A program made the position numbers and the translations under genes. The notes beneath the pieces are model-generated. The model was not told where the DNA came from and did no database searches. It saw nothing but the letters and a program-made list of their open reading frames with translations. From Amoebidium appalachense (taxonomy: Eukaryota > Protista > Ichthyosporea): a DNA stretch of 64,000 nt. This document shows positions 49,411-63,433 of this stretch, in pieces (within the stretch, counting starts at the first letter, position 1; the number at the start of each line of letters is the position of its first letter). The stretch lies in assembly GCA_963693365.1 (NCBI GenBank), contig CAVNZM010000001.1, forward strand, positions 2,434,907-2,498,906. The letters run 5' to 3'.

Positions 49411-49886
49411 CACGCGCGCGCGTTTTTTTTTGGTGTGTGTGTGTGTGTGCGTGTGTGTGTGTTCGTGTGTGTGTGTGTGGCAGGGGGGGAGGGGCGGGGG
49501 GCGGGGGGGGGGGTTAGAGGTGCAAGTCGTGGTGGTGTTGGAGGCCAGGCAGGTACTGTTGGTAAATGTGGTTGGGGTAGGGGGAGAAGGAGGGAAGGGG
49601 GGGGGCGGAGCGGGGAGGGGGGGGGGGGGGGGGGGGGGGGGGAAGGGTGGAGGGGGGGGGGGGGGGGGGGGGAGAAGGGGGGGGTTGTAAAATGGGCTAA
49701 CCTTGCAGCTTCAACCAGTGTCTTTAGACGCTCAACCTCCCCCATCCACTCTGCTTCTTTCTGCAACACAGACGGTGTGGCAGACAGTTGCCTTCTGAGA
49801 CCATCGGTCAGGGTGTTGGCTTGTGGCCTCGCAGCTATGCTGCTTGCTGCTTGGCGAACAGACTGGCGCACAAGTGAGCTTGCCAT
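46711..49886 (-). CDS. Small (~134 aa) protein of unknown function with mitochondrial-presequence-like N-terminus, 4 exons
   Basis: Exons 49886-49702, 48869-48790, 47934-47842, 46754-46711 are phase-compatible GT-AG; N-terminus [22 protein letters not shown]...LRRQLSAT is Arg/Ser/Ala-rich. Confidence 0.72.
47175..47614 (-). mobile_element. Three divergent poly(C)-ended elements stacked head-to-tail
   Basis: Units 47175-47297, 47327-47420, 47456-47614, separated by G-runs; all share CCTGA..GGGC and TTCGTA motifs with 7623-7875. Confidence 0.7.
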
Positions 49887-50341
49887 AGCTGGAAAGGGCT
49901 AAAGGCGAAACTCGGGGTTGTGGAGTGTAGTAGAATAACCGTGTTAACGTTGGGAGGGCGACGTGGACGTGTTGGCAGTAGTGGCAGGTCATGGTTCCGG
50001 TCACAGGTTTTTCGCACCCTGAACCGGGCCATGCGCTCTGGTCTTCGCCCGCATTGATTGGTTATGAACATACCCCCTTACGTAAGAACCGTGTTGAGTG
50101 TCGTTGAAATTGCCAACACAGAAGAAGCCTGATTCTCAAGGCCCGCGGTTTGAGAAACTCTGAGGCCTGCGGGTTAGGAAAAGGCGGGGTAACATACAGT
50201 TCGAGGGGTAGAGCGAGGCTCTTCTTCAAGTTGAATGGATGTATAGACTGCTTGAATAACAACCACACATAGTGATAGGGCTGTAGAGCCGCTCGAAAGA
50301 ATATAGAAACTCTCTGCTTAGTCAAGTAGCACTGTAAGAAA

Positions 50342-50395
50342 AGATCGTTTGCATCCTCCTTCATACTCAGATCGTTTGCATCCTCCTTCATACTC
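50342..50395. repeat. 27-bp perfect tandem duplication
   Basis: AGATCGTTTGCATCCTCCTTCATACTC x2. Confidence 0.9.
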
Positions 50396-50453
50396 ATCTT
50401 TGTGGACACTACTGCAGCACACAGATGGTCATCAGCCCCTTGCAAGCAGGAAA

Positions 50454-50712
50454 ATGGATTGGTTAATGGGGTATGCTCCCCAACATCCTTCCCCTCTTCA
50501 ACACACACACGCACGCGCACAAGCACACAAGCACATAAACACACACGCGCACACAAAAGCACACGCACGCACACACACGCCCGTATCCAGACACCTACTG
50601 TCACACGCACACACACGCGCACACACGCATGCAGAAAGACAAACACTCACACTCATTCACAAGCACGCCGTATTGTCACACACACACCTACACACACACA
50701 CACACACACTCA

Positions 50713-50783
<71 letters not shown>

Positions 50784-52644
50784 TATCCAGACGCAGTCCT
50801 TTACGCACGAACACTTACACACCCATTCATACACACGTGTGTGTTGCACTCGCACGCACACACACGCACGCGCGCACGCGGGCGCGCACACATACACACA
50901 TACACACGCACACACAGATGCACACACACACACGCACACATGCACACACACGCTCCCCGTTTACTGAGTAACAAGATTCATGCACAGATACACTCACACC
51001 CTCCCGTTCGCCTGCACACCCACGCACAAACACGTCAGTGCATGCAAAGACGTGCACAAACATTTTTGCTTGCTGTAAATAATCTGCTGCCTTTTGTTGA
51101 GCAACTGTGACTATACACAAGGACACGCACACATGCTATGCACACACACACGTAGGGAGTGGGAAGGGGGGAGGCAGGGTGGGGGGAGGGATGGGGGGGG
51201 AAGAGCATATGACGCTCATGTCAGAACGTAGAACACACAATCGCTTGCAATGACATATGCATGTGCACACACGAGTACAGGTAGAGGCCCCTCAGATGCA
51301 TGTGAATGCTTGGATGACTCGTACTTTAACTTTAACAAGTGGAATAAAGCAGAGAGAGAGAGAGAGAAAGAGAGGGGGGGGGGGGAGGGAAAAGGGAGGA
51401 GAAGGAGAGGGTGTGTGTGTGTGTGCGTGCGTGCGTGCGTGTGTGTGTGTTGTGAGCGAGAGAAGGGAGAATTGGTGCTCGTGCGCTTACATATAAGACT
51501 TGGACGTAAGACTTCGAATGTGCAGGAAGGCACAACAGTGACCACGAACACGCCAAAGTTCTGGCTATCTGTGGTTCCCCCATTCCCTTCCTCCGCCCTC
51601 ATGTCTCGCCTGTACGTGTGTCACTGTTAACTTTTGGCACGAGTAGTGTTTGGCAATTAGCGCGTGATGCTGTTGTAATTATCGGCTGTCCCTCTCTCTC
51701 TCTGTTCCCCCCCCCCCTCCCCCCCCCCCCCCCCCCCCCCGCTCCCCACACTTCCCCCCCAGGCACATACACACTCACACGCACACCCACATTGATATAT
51801 ACCCATGCGATTCTCTTCCTTTCAAAGCACGGAGACTCTCCCGTCCCCCTCGCTCTTTCCCTCCCTTGCTCTCTCCTCCCTCCTTCCATCTTTCCCTCGC
51901 TCCCTCCCTCTCCGTCTCCCTCCTCTCTCCCCCTTCCACTCTCTCTTGATCTCCGTCCTGAGCCTCTACCTGTTCTATCCAACACACAGACACACAGACA
52001 CACAGACACACACATGTATGTGCGCCCCTCTCTTGCACGAAACACCCTACCCAGATAGAGACGTACAGTTTTTTTCCCTACACATGTAGACATGCACAAT
52101 ATTCCACACTTACCCCCCCCTTTCCCTTCATTCCTCCCTCCTCCCTCTTCCCGTGCCCGCCCTCCCCCCTCCCCCCCTAGACCTATTCCTTCATTACTTT
52201 TTCTCCTTTCCTCTGTCCTGTCCAAATCTTCATACTAACATGCCCCCCCCCCCCCCCCCCTCCCTTAACAGGAAAAACAAGGCGAAAAAGCCCACAGAAA
52301 ATGTCAAGCAGCCATGGTTGGAGCAGCCAAACATCGATGCCAAGATCTTCAAGTGCAGGTGGAAGGAGGTGTGCCAGACACCACCGGGGGTGCCTTTAAC
52401 GGAATGGCTGGCTTCAAATAGTAAGGGCACCCATATGTGTTAAAGAAATGGGGGTTGCAAGTATTTTACCTCATCTGATTTTGGCCCTACAGAAGCATAG
52501 TACATAGAGATTCATGTAGGTAGTGATGAAGTGGCAAATTGGATGTGTAGGGGTTTGGGAGAATGCATGCACACTGGCTGAGCGTGCGCACACATGGGGG
52601 CGCGGGCGCGCGCACACACGCGCGCGCACACACACACACACCCA

Positions 52645-52682
<38 letters not shown>

Positions 52683-54905
52683 CCTTCCGTGTGCATGGCT
52701 TCTGTGCTCAGACTTGACCATCGCTGTGTGCACCCATGCACCTGCACAGCATTCACGTGGCCTGGACAGACCGAAGGGGGGGGGGGGAGGGGGGGAGGGG
52801 GGGGAGGGGGAGGAACAAACAGAAATGAGAAATTTCATTTATTTAGTCACATTGTTTATTGTTTATTTTCTTCATTAGTTCATTTGGGGAAGGGGAGGAG
52901 AGGGGGGGAGTCTTTGAGAAGGGAGGTGGTAGTGGGGTAGAGGGGTTAGTCATCATGTTTATGGATCTGCAGTTTTCTGCCTCCTGCCTAGAACCGACAA
53001 AACCTCAAACCGCACTCTTCGGGATGGGCTGGTTGAAAGGATAAGGAGGGTTGGAGGACAAGGGCAGGCGGGAGAGGGGGGCCCGAGGGGGGGGGGAGGG
53101 GGGGGGGGGAGGGGGGGGGGGACTTTAAAAGGCGCCATTTCAGAGAGGAGCATACACAAAGAGTATGTACCGGAGGGATGGTTATGATAAGGCACCACAG
53201 CATGAAGTAGAAATCGAAAACTGGTTAGCATATATGCCAAGAAGAATACACACAGGGAGAGGGGAGGGGGGGGAGGAGGTAAAGGTATGTGTAACAGAGG
53301 AATCAATGAAATGGAGCGAGTATGGTCCCCATATGCTTCAACAGTACGTCTCTTCTAGCTGATAACATCATTATCCCTCTGGTTTGCACGCTATCTGACT
53401 GCCTGGCCACAGCGCGGCCGTTCTTCCACAACCTATCGCAGGTCTATGCATCACTGGCCGACTACTGCACCGTGTCCACATGCCCAACAATGATGGCCGG
53501 CCCAAAGTATGCCCCCCTCCCCCCTCCCTTGCATACATCCCCGCCTCTCCCCAGGCATATATCCCCCCCCCCCCCCCCCCCCCCATGGGCTTTGCTTATT
53601 ATGCATACTCTTTATGTATGGCTTGCATTCTGCATCGTGTTATCCGTTTGTTCTTGTGTACTTCGTACTTTTTGACTCATTCAAACCCCCCCCCCCCCCC
53701 CGGAGCATACATGCTTCCCTCCCGGCGTATACAGGTACGTAGAGATGGGGAAAATAATTGACAAGGAATTTTAGTACAAATGGGGGAGGAGGGGGCGTGG
53801 CGTCTTCAGGTGCAATGTGTAAGGGACTGGCGTCTGTAGTTGTATGAGGGATGGAGGAAGATGGGTAGCAAGGGATTTTAATACAAATTTAGAGGGAGGG
53901 GGCGTGGCGTCTTCAGGTACAAAAGGGAGGGGGCGTGGCGTCTACAGGTGCATAAGAGATGGGGAAAATAGTTCCTTAGAAATTTTAGTACAAATAGAGA
54001 AAGAGGGGGTGTGGCTTTTTCAGGTACAAAAGGGGAGGGGGCGTGGCTTCTACAGGTACATGGGATGATCCTATAGGGGGGGCACCTGGGTCGTCTCTAC
54101 TCTTACTCTAAAGGGGGGGGAGGGGGCGTCAGGTCTGTTCTACTTTTATTCTAAGTAACTGTCGGGATATAAGATGATAATTTATTTAATTCCTAGATCC
54201 AGAATCCCCCCCCCCCCCCCCCCCCCCCTCCCCCCCCCCTTCCCCCGATTCCCGTTCCCGAGCTGGAAGGGCCGACTCTTGGCAAAACCATGAGGGGCGC
54301 GAGTTGAGTTTCATGCAAGAGGTGAATGGGTCAGAGCCCGGGTTAAATGGATGACTAAAGCCCCCTGAGAATGGGAGCTGGTTATGCTGCATATTTTGAG
54401 TGTTTTTCCCTTTTTTTTTCCCTTCTTTTTTTCCTCTCTTTTTTTTATTTTTTCCTTTTTTGGTGTTGTTGTATATCCACATTACTTCACCCTGTATCAA
54501 TCTGTGGTTCATATTGTATACAGCATTCTACACCCCTCCCAACCCTGCTCGTTCTCCCCCCCCCTAAAACCCCCAAACCCCCAAGCCCTCACCCATCCTC
54601 CCCTCCCCCCTCCCCCCCCAACCCAGCCAACCCTAAACATGCGTTCTTCATCTGACCCCTTTCTCCCCCTCCCCCTCCCCCCCCCCCCCCCCCCCCCCCC
54701 CCCCACCACCACCACCACCAACCCCACCCCTCCCCCTCCCCAAACCAACGACACAGAACGGAGTACCAGTGGGTGGACGAAAAGGGCAAGAAGATCAAGG
54801 GGCTGAGTGCGCCGCAGTACATCGACTATGTGCTGAGCTACTGCCAGGCCACCCTCGATGACGAGGCCGTGTTCCCTACACGCCTAGGTCCGCACTCTAC
54901 CCTTC

Positions 54906-54943
<38 letters not shown>

Positions 54944-56318
54944 CCCCACCCATCCCTTCCTCCTCCTCCTCACCCCCAAAAACACACACCCACACATAGA
55001 CGGAGACTCACACACTCCTCACCCTTAAAAAAAAAAGAAAGAAAGAAAGAAAAGGAAGAATGTGGGAGAAAGGAAGGGGAGACAAGGAAAGAGAGAAACG
55101 AATGAATGAGTGAATGAAAGAACAGAGAAGAACGTATGGATGAAGAGGAAGAAAGAAGAATGAGCAAAGGAAAAGGAAAGGGAGAATGGGTCATGCACAC
55201 GAAAGCAAGAGGATGTTGAGGCGGTTGCTTGAGTGCACTTACTGTAGATAGAGATGTACACACACACGCACAAACACACACATCACTGTGCCCATACATA
55301 CAAATGCAACCACGCATACATACGCACAAACACACACACACGTATATATACATACAAGCACACACAATTCAAAACGGACATATTCCTGTGTTCATACATT
55401 CAGATGTGCACACAAACATGAACACACACATCCTGTTTCTATACATTTAAGAGTGCACACACACACGAGAGCACACACACACACACACACATCCAGAAGT
55501 GAACACATGCATGTTAGTAACATTCAGAGCATGCGCCTGCAAGAACCAATGTGTAGGCACTTGAGACACAGGGTTTGCACTATGGCACTTACTGTAGATT
55601 GCCATAACCCCCCCACCCGGTGTGCATACATGCATGTACGTGCGCCTATGCTCGGAGCTGTTGTGTTTCTCCTGGCCAATGCTCGACTTGACGCTTAGCC
55701 CCCCTCTCTAGTAATCAGCTCTTTCCTTCCTCCCCCCCCCCCCCCCCCCCCCATCATCACCACCCCTCTGTTTTCCTTTGATCCCTTTTTTTTTCGCTCG
55801 CCCACACATGCTGTGTCGGTTCTCTCAGACATTTTTATCCCCCCCCCCCCCCCCCCCCCTTCCCCCCCCCCTCTCCCCTTCCCCTCCGCCCTCCTTCCCT
55901 CCATCATCCCCCCCCGACCCCCCTTCCCCCCGCCCCTCCCCTCCCGTCCCCCCCTCCTCCCCTGCCCGGATCCAAATGTCCTCTACTTGTGTTGCATACT
56001 TTGTGCGCGTTGCCTTTTTGCATTGTATGTGTCCTGTGTCCTGTGCACAGAACTCTAACCCCTCCCCACTTTCCCACAGACATGGCATTTCCACGTGATT
56101 TTATGGTCACGTGCCGCAAGATGTACCGCCTGCTCCTACACGTGTTTGCGCACCTTTACCACCACCACTTCTCCACCCTCCTGCAGCTCGGGTTGGTGCC
56201 CCACCTCAACACCCTCTTCACCCATTTTGTGTTTTTCGTCACCGAACACAGCCTGGTGGACCCCAAGGAGATGGCACCTATGGCCGAAATGTCAAAATAT
56301 CTCCTCGAGGCAAAATAG
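50454..56318 (+). CDS. MOB2: MOB kinase activator 2, 5 coding exons
   Basis: Exons 50454-50470, 52272-52420, 53413-53506, 54757-54887, 56080-56318: MDWLMG|KNKAKK...EWLASNT...YCTVSTCPTM...YQWVDEKGKKIKGLSAPQYIDYV...DEAVFPT...LLHVFAHLYHHHF...HLNTLFTHFVFF...LVDPKE. Confidence 0.95.
53585..53685 (+). mobile_element. 101-bp 5'-truncated copy of the poly(C)-ended element embedded in a C tract
   Basis: Near-identical to reverse complement of 7623-7722; pure C-runs on both sides (53563-53584 and 53686-53701). Confidence 0.87.
53730..54062. repeat. Degenerate minisatellite with repeated GGGGGCGTGGC..T(T/A)CAGGT units
   Basis: GAGATGGGGAAAATA, ATTTTAGTACAAAT and GGGGGCGTGGCGTCTTCAGGT recur 2-5 times. 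Confidence 0.75.
54245..54535 (+). mobile_element. Long divergent member of the poly(C)-ended element family
   Basis: GAGTTGAGTTTC...GTGAATGGGTC..CCCGGGT...TGGATGAC...GCCCCCTGAGAATGGG...TGCATATTTT...TTCATATTGTATACAGCATTCTACACCCC is colinear with the 7623-7875 and 47456-47614 copies. Confidence 0.65.
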
Positions 56319-57603
56319 CCTTTTTAGGTGGTGCGTGTGGTTGCGGGGACACATCGCGGGTGCACGTGCGCGCACATTACACAGGCACGCGCAAAATGTA
56401 GGTGCACCGGCCGCACGCATCTGATACTCTTTCTGGTTTGTTTTTTGACTTTTTTTTTTTTTTTGTGCCGCGGGGGGGGGGGATAACGAAGTACACAGGC
56501 ATCGTAAGCATAGACACATTCATTGCCGTTCTCTCACGTAGACGCAAAGAGACGTTGGCTAGATATGCAATTATCAGCTGCCTTGTCTTTTTTTTGGGGG
56601 GGGGGGGGGGGGACCAAAAAAAACGGGGGGGGGGGGGGGGGGAGGGGGGGAGGTATAGATAGAGGTAAGGGAGTGGGGTTTACGAATGCACAACCACAGG
56701 TGCCTCACACCATACTTAATCCTCCTAATTCTTGACAAATGGCACATTATTATTCTCTTGGTGCTTCTCATTCACCATTATTGTTCAGCACATGTCTTTA
56801 TCATTCAACTGCATGCAATGTTTTCTCATTTCCAAAGCCATATCATAGTATATGTCGATCTGTTTTCAAATCATGTTTTGTTGAACTGGCTGGATCCTGG
56901 TCCACAATAGTTATTCGTAAGCATACCTTCAATATAGTCCCAATATGTGTCTGTGCTGTGTAAGGGGTGATTGATCGGTTGGCAATGCTTTGCCACGGGT
57001 TTGTTCCATGGGGTGTGTTTGGGTAGCCGTGAGACCAAGATCGATTGCCACTGATGAAGTTGTCAAGCAAAACCCAGTAATAAATGTATTCAGGCCATGT
57101 GTATGATGATGATCAGTTATGTGCAGGTGTATTTACCCCCGTTGCAACAGCGCTTCACCAGTAGATCTCGCTCTTGAAGCAGTGTCTCTCCCCGAGTGCA
57201 TGGCATATTAATTCTCACATGCCACAAAGCCTTAGTGTAATTATTACATTTGCTTGCCCCGGCTTATTTGGGCTTCAACCAGACAAAACCTTAGTTCACG
57301 TACATATCACATGTACACACCAGTGCACCTGCACCTTCAAGTACCACAGGCGCTCTGACACAGTGCCAAGGCCCCCTAGATAGGAGGCCTCGCACTGTGC
57401 ATGCGCACACTCTCATCACCGTGATGATCAGCGGCACAGCGGCCGGCTACTCAGGTACAAGCTGACGGTTACACGGGACCCGGCGATATCACGCGCCATG
57501 GCGCCAATCCTTTTGTGAGAGATCTTAGCGCTAGCAGCTAGCGCTCGTTCATGTATACCAACTGAACGGGCAAAGCGCACACAGCAACGCTTACGACCAA
57601 GAC

Positions 57604-59058
57604 ATGTCACACCACTACGGGGGGGGCGGGGGCCACGGTCGTAGGCCCCCAGAGAGTAGGTTTCTAGTGTCCTGTTTGCATGCATAATGCCATTGCTGCG
57701 AGCATGTGTGTGTCAGGCCGACCTGACCTTGGGCGCAGGCTACCCACGCAAGGACAGCCAGGGCAGACAGCACGGCCGGCAGGACCCGCAGCGAGGGGGG
57801 TATGGAGGGGGCAGGGGCCACCACCAAGGGGGACGCAGAGACGGAGGTTAACCGGGGGGCGGCCAGTGGCGTGAAGGTGGGCAGTGTGCGGGAAGAAGTT
57901 GAGTGGTTGTGGGGCGAACGACGAAAGTGGTCTAGACCCGGTACTGGGTGGGAAGTTCTTGCATGGCCAAGCTGCTCTCGTGCTGGCCACTTCCTCACCT
58001 CGTATTATTATAGCTATGTGTTGGCTGCCTACTAAGTGTGTGGGCAGGCGCCGGCCGTGGCAAGTATGCGCCTCTTGAGAAGTTCCCGCGTGACAGCAAG
58101 CACCGGGACTTAAAGCTCGTGATCAACCACTACTTGTTTGAAACCGACAAGAACAAGGTTTTCTCTATGGTAGGCACTCGGTCAGCATAGAAACAGGGCC
58201 AAATGGAAAGTTCGCTGTCTGTACTTCTGTTATTTTAATACAGTAGTGGGCTTATGCGCGTGACCTGGGACAGAAATATTAAAAGTGGAGGCATGTGCTG
58301 CTGTGGGAGTCTGCCTTCTGTGTTACATTCTGGACGTGACTGTGTGCTTGTGTTGGCTAAGGGTAGTTAGCACGTTAACGGTGACTTTTTTCACGTGTGC
58401 CCTCAAGTGTCCAAATCGTCCCCTCAGATGCATTTTGCTATGGTATAAATCGTTGGTCCTCTTGCTGCTTGAATCCTGCTGCCACCAGTACTAGGACTGC
58501 TTAGTAACAGTTTTTGTAAGTTCTGGTACAGCAGGTTTTATTTTTATTTTTATCTTATTTTATTTTCATCTATTTTTGTTTTATTTTTTTATTTATTTAT
58601 TTTTTTTATTTATTATTTTTTTTTTTTGGGGGGGGGGGGGTGGGGAAGGGGGGGGGGGGGGGGGGGAAGAGGGCGGTTGTTAAAGTGTTGTTTTTCTTTG
58701 TGAGCTCATTCATTCGGTTCGCGCCCCTTGGGCATGCCCCTTTGGCTATCGCCTCTGTTCACTCTGTGGTTTGGATAGCTATGAGGGAGGGTGGCCTGTG
58801 TATACACCTGCTGACGCTGTGTGTTGCAGTACAATGTGACCTTCAGTGCAGCTGACATGTCCAGAAAAAGGTTGGGCCCGGCCGTGCCCTGGTAGAGCCA
58901 CATGGTGGTGGCGGGGGCAGGCTAAGCAGCAGGGTGGGCACAGGCAGGGCCAGGTGCTGCGCCTGCACAAGGAGGCTATGATGCTGGGGGACAAGTGGGT
59001 GTTCACCAAAAAGTGCCTGTTCACCACAGACCAATTTGTATGCCAAGCCCCGGGGAAG

Positions 59059-59089
<31 letters not shown>

Positions 59090-60207
59090 GGGGGGGGAGG
59101 GGGGGGGTTAGTTGCTAACAGGTTGGTGGGTTGCAGGATTGCCACAGGCACGTTCACGGTGCCAAACAACCAGGAGGACACCATCACCGTCTCAATGTCT
59201 GCCACGCTGCACTACGGTTCGAATGGAAGAGACCAGGCATACAACGTGCGTGTACCGGGGCGGGGTGTGGTTCGGGGAGGGGGGTAGGGAGGGGCGGGGG
59301 GGAGACGGTTGGCTGAGGAAGGGAGGGGGGAGGGGGGGGGGGGGGGGGGGGGGGTTGGCCATAGGGGGAGGGTTGCTGAAAGGGTTAGTGCAGGTCGTCA
59401 TGAATAACATTTTGACACGAGCACTGGGGCTGCGCCGGTTGGGCCACTGGCACTACGACCCATCCAAGGTACGGCCCAGTAGGTGCTCCATGGGTGGGCT
59501 AGCGCTAAAACCGAGCACTGTTTAAAGCTTGGAGCCTCTGTCCAATAATACCATTAGTAATGGCCGGCATCATATTGGTTACACCCGTTGGATTCCATGC
59601 CCGGATTCGCTCTTTCTTCCATATTAGGTTGCAGGGTCCGCCACTAATTCTTACTATGTTTGTTTACGACTCGTGGGGGCATGACAGTGGTGACCAGGGG
59701 CATGGCCTGACATGGTAGGGGGCAAAAAACCAGCAATAAGGACCTGGAGACGGTTGGGCTGTGCATGTGGCCCGGGTTCATGACGTCAGTGGTGCAGACA
59801 CAAGACACCCTGTGCTGGGCCGTCGATCTTCACCACAAGGTAGGATGGGGCAAGGGGAGGGGGGGAGGGGTGGGGAGGGGGGAGGGGGGAGGGGGAGGGG
59901 GGCGGGAGAGGTTGAGGTGAGGAAAGAGGGAAGGAGGGTATTGGGGGGGGGGGGCGCCGGGGGGTTGTATGGGAGGCAGGGGCAGTAACTGGGGTTGGTG
60001 CAGATGATCCAAAAGAACACGCTGCTGGAGAAATACTTGCAGCATGCAGCAGAGCCACAGAAATTTGAGGATGAAGTCAAAAACAGGATCGTCTTCACCT
60101 TGGTATGTGACTGACATGGCATGCCGTGTGGCTGAGGGCAGGGTGGTGGTGGTGTGTGTGTGTGTGTGTGTTTGTGGGTGTGTTTGTGTGTGTGTGTGCT
60201 TTTTTTT

Positions 60208-60256
<49 letters not shown>

Positions 60257-60737
60257 GGGGGGGGGGGGTAAAACTGATACGATGTACAGTACAACAACCG
60301 CACATACAGGGTGCTGAGTGTGGACTGGGAGCGCAACCCCGCTGACTGCTTTGACAACAACGGTAAGTGTTGGCCTTCGGACTGGGCTGGCCCGGGGACG
60401 TGTACAGGGAGTCATACTGCTGTTCTGTGCAGGTGTGATGGCGACGTATGGGCAGTACGTGTCAACACGGTACAATGTACGTGTGCCCCGTAGCAACCAG
60501 CCCCTGCTGGTGGCCGAGGCTAGGGGCCAGGTATGAGCATCTATAGGACCTTGAGGGGGGGCAAGGGTGTGTTGGGAGACGGGGGGGGGGAGGGGGGGGG
60601 GTTCTGACACGAACTGGTGCGTGAGCAGAGCATTTGGCTGATTCCGGAGATGTGCATGCTGACTGGCCTCGACAAGAATCAGCAACATAATGGCTAGTGG
60701 GTGCCACGCACGCACAGGGCCAAGGGGGGCGGGCGAA

Positions 60738-60771
<34 letters not shown>

Positions 60772-60874
60772 TGCTGACTGGTTGCTGCCTGCAGTGTGCG
60801 CAAGGCCGTGGTGTCTGCAGGCCAGGTCGATCCAGGTGTGTTCAGGCTGTGTTCCCCACAAGACGGTGTGGAAA

Positions 60875-60908
<34 letters not shown>

Positions 60909-61359
60909 TTTGGTGATGGTGGTGGGGGTTGGAGGGGGGGGCACAAATGCTCATGTGTGAGAGGGGTGGGCAGACGACCGACTGATGCGTCTCAACACAC
61001 TGCTGAGCACCTTGCCTGGCAGTGAGCGGGCCACCACAAACATGCGGCATGGGGCATCAGCCTGGCGTGAGTGGCTTTGTGACCCACACATCCCTCCATC
61101 CTTTACGTCTTTTTGTGTCTTCCTGTGTGTACATGTGTGTGCTGACATCTCCCCTAGGCTCACACCCACGGAGATCAAAGGCTCTCAGCTGCGGCCCGAG
61201 GTGGTCTACACAGTCAGCCCCGAGGCTAATCCCGGCCCCGACGAACAGAAGGACCTCTCCCTAGACAACACGTTTGATTGGACCCGCCTACTGTACAAAA
61301 AGCTGCTTGGGCCGAAGCGCACAGCCTCCGTAGGTCCATGGTTCTCGGGGGGGGGGACA

Positions 61360-61395
<36 letters not shown>

Positions 61396-62009
61396 CTGGG
61401 GGAGGGCTGGGGGAGGGGGGGGGGGGGGGGGAGGGTTGCTTATTGGGTGCATGCAGTGGTGGCTGCTACATGTGGATCGGAAAGATGACTCCGAGTCGGC
61501 CGGCAAGCTTGTGCAGCACATGCGGGACATCATACCCCCATACCCCCACATGCGTGCTCCTGTCCGCAGGTGGGCCCGGGTGTTCAAGCACAAGTGGTAT
61601 AAGGGGTGTAGGGGTACTGCATGCTGACATGGGGCCAATGAACGGGCCAGGTTCCGAGGGGTCTGACTTTTGCAAGGTTTTGGCGAGGGAGAAGGCTCAG
61701 GGAAGGATAAAGCGCGAGCTGGTGGTGGTGCTGCTGCCTGATGCCAATAAGGACCGCTACAACAAGATCAAGTCCTTCTGCAGGTGGAGCGGGGAGGGGG
61801 TGGGGGGGGGGGGGTTGAGGGGGGGGGGGGGGGGGGGGGGGGGGAAGCGATTGACACGGTTGGGCAGCTTTGAGCTGGGGGTTCCCTCGCAATGTGTCAC
61901 CACAAAGCACTTCACGAGGGAGAATTCGAGAACAGTTAAGTCGGTGATGACTAAGGTCTGCCTGCAGATGTAGGTGCCCCCAGGGCAGGATAACGTGTGT
62001 GGGGGGGCC

Positions 62010-62042
<33 letters not shown>

Positions 62043-62205
62043 GGGGGAAGGGGGGGGGGGGGAGGGGGGGGGGGAAGAGGTTGCTCACCAGCCCACAGAC
62101 AGGCAAAGGTGGGGGGGCAGCTGTGGTGCGCTAGGCCAGTGGACAGCACCATCGACAAGATAATGGTCGTGGGCATCGATGTGAATCACGACGTGGTGTG
62201 TGCAT

Positions 62206-62253
<48 letters not shown>

Positions 62254-62260
62254 ACACATG

Positions 62261-62303
<43 letters not shown>

Positions 62304-62674
62304 GAGACACACACATAGACAGACATGGACACACACAGACTACCTAGTGCACCCCCCACTCCCCCGTTCCCTCCCCCCCCCCCCTCCCCCCCCCCCCCCC
62401 AGCCCACACACATTCACAGACACACAGGCTATCTAGATTTACATCCCTCCCTCCCTCCCCATCCCCCCCCCCCCCCCCCCCCCCTCCCCCCCCCCAACAC
62501 ACACACATATATGCACACAGCTGACATGGCAGGCACCGTGCATATTCACAGGTACTATCTTGCCCCCACACTCACGCACTAGCAAATGGACACTACCTTG
62601 GACACGCGCATGCACACACACACACACACGTGCAGAGAGAGAGGGAACGAGCGAGAGAGGGAGAAAAAAAGGGA

Positions 62675-62731
<57 letters not shown>

Positions 62732-62768
62732 GCAGAGAGAGAGAGAGCAAGAGGGAGAGGGAGAGAAA

Positions 62769-62814
<46 letters not shown>

Positions 62815-63380
62815 AGAGAGAAAGAGAGAGAGAGGGAGTGACTATTTTTCCTGAAGACACACACACACACAGACACGCATGCGCGCACGCGCGCGCGCGG
62901 CGCGCACACACAGACACCATCTCGCATACACTGACTGTTTTGGGCTGCAGGCACAGGGGTCACGGTCTGTTATGGGTTTTTGTGCATCGCTCGACCAGCA
63001 GTTCACGCAGTACTACTCCGTGGCAGCCCAGCAGGTGTGTGTGTGTGTTACTGCCCCGGGTGCAGTGTGGCTGTGTGGGAGGGCCCACCGGTTGATGGGG
63101 GTGGGGGATAGGAGAGGGAGCATGAGGAGATAGTGCAACATCTGGACGTGCAGATGGGCAATGCCCTGGAAGCCAACTACCGTCACAACAATATTTATCC
63201 AGAGACCATCATGGTGAGAGAAGGGGGGGGGGGGGGGGGGGGGGGGGATTCGGCACCAATAATTTACAATGCCGTGCAGGTGTACCGGGACGGGGTCAGT
63301 GATGGCGAGCTGCCGAAAGTTAGGGACGTGGAGGTACCTGTGTATGCTTTTGGGGGCCCAGCGGGTTGGTGGGGGGAGTG

Positions 63381-63433
<53 letters not shown>

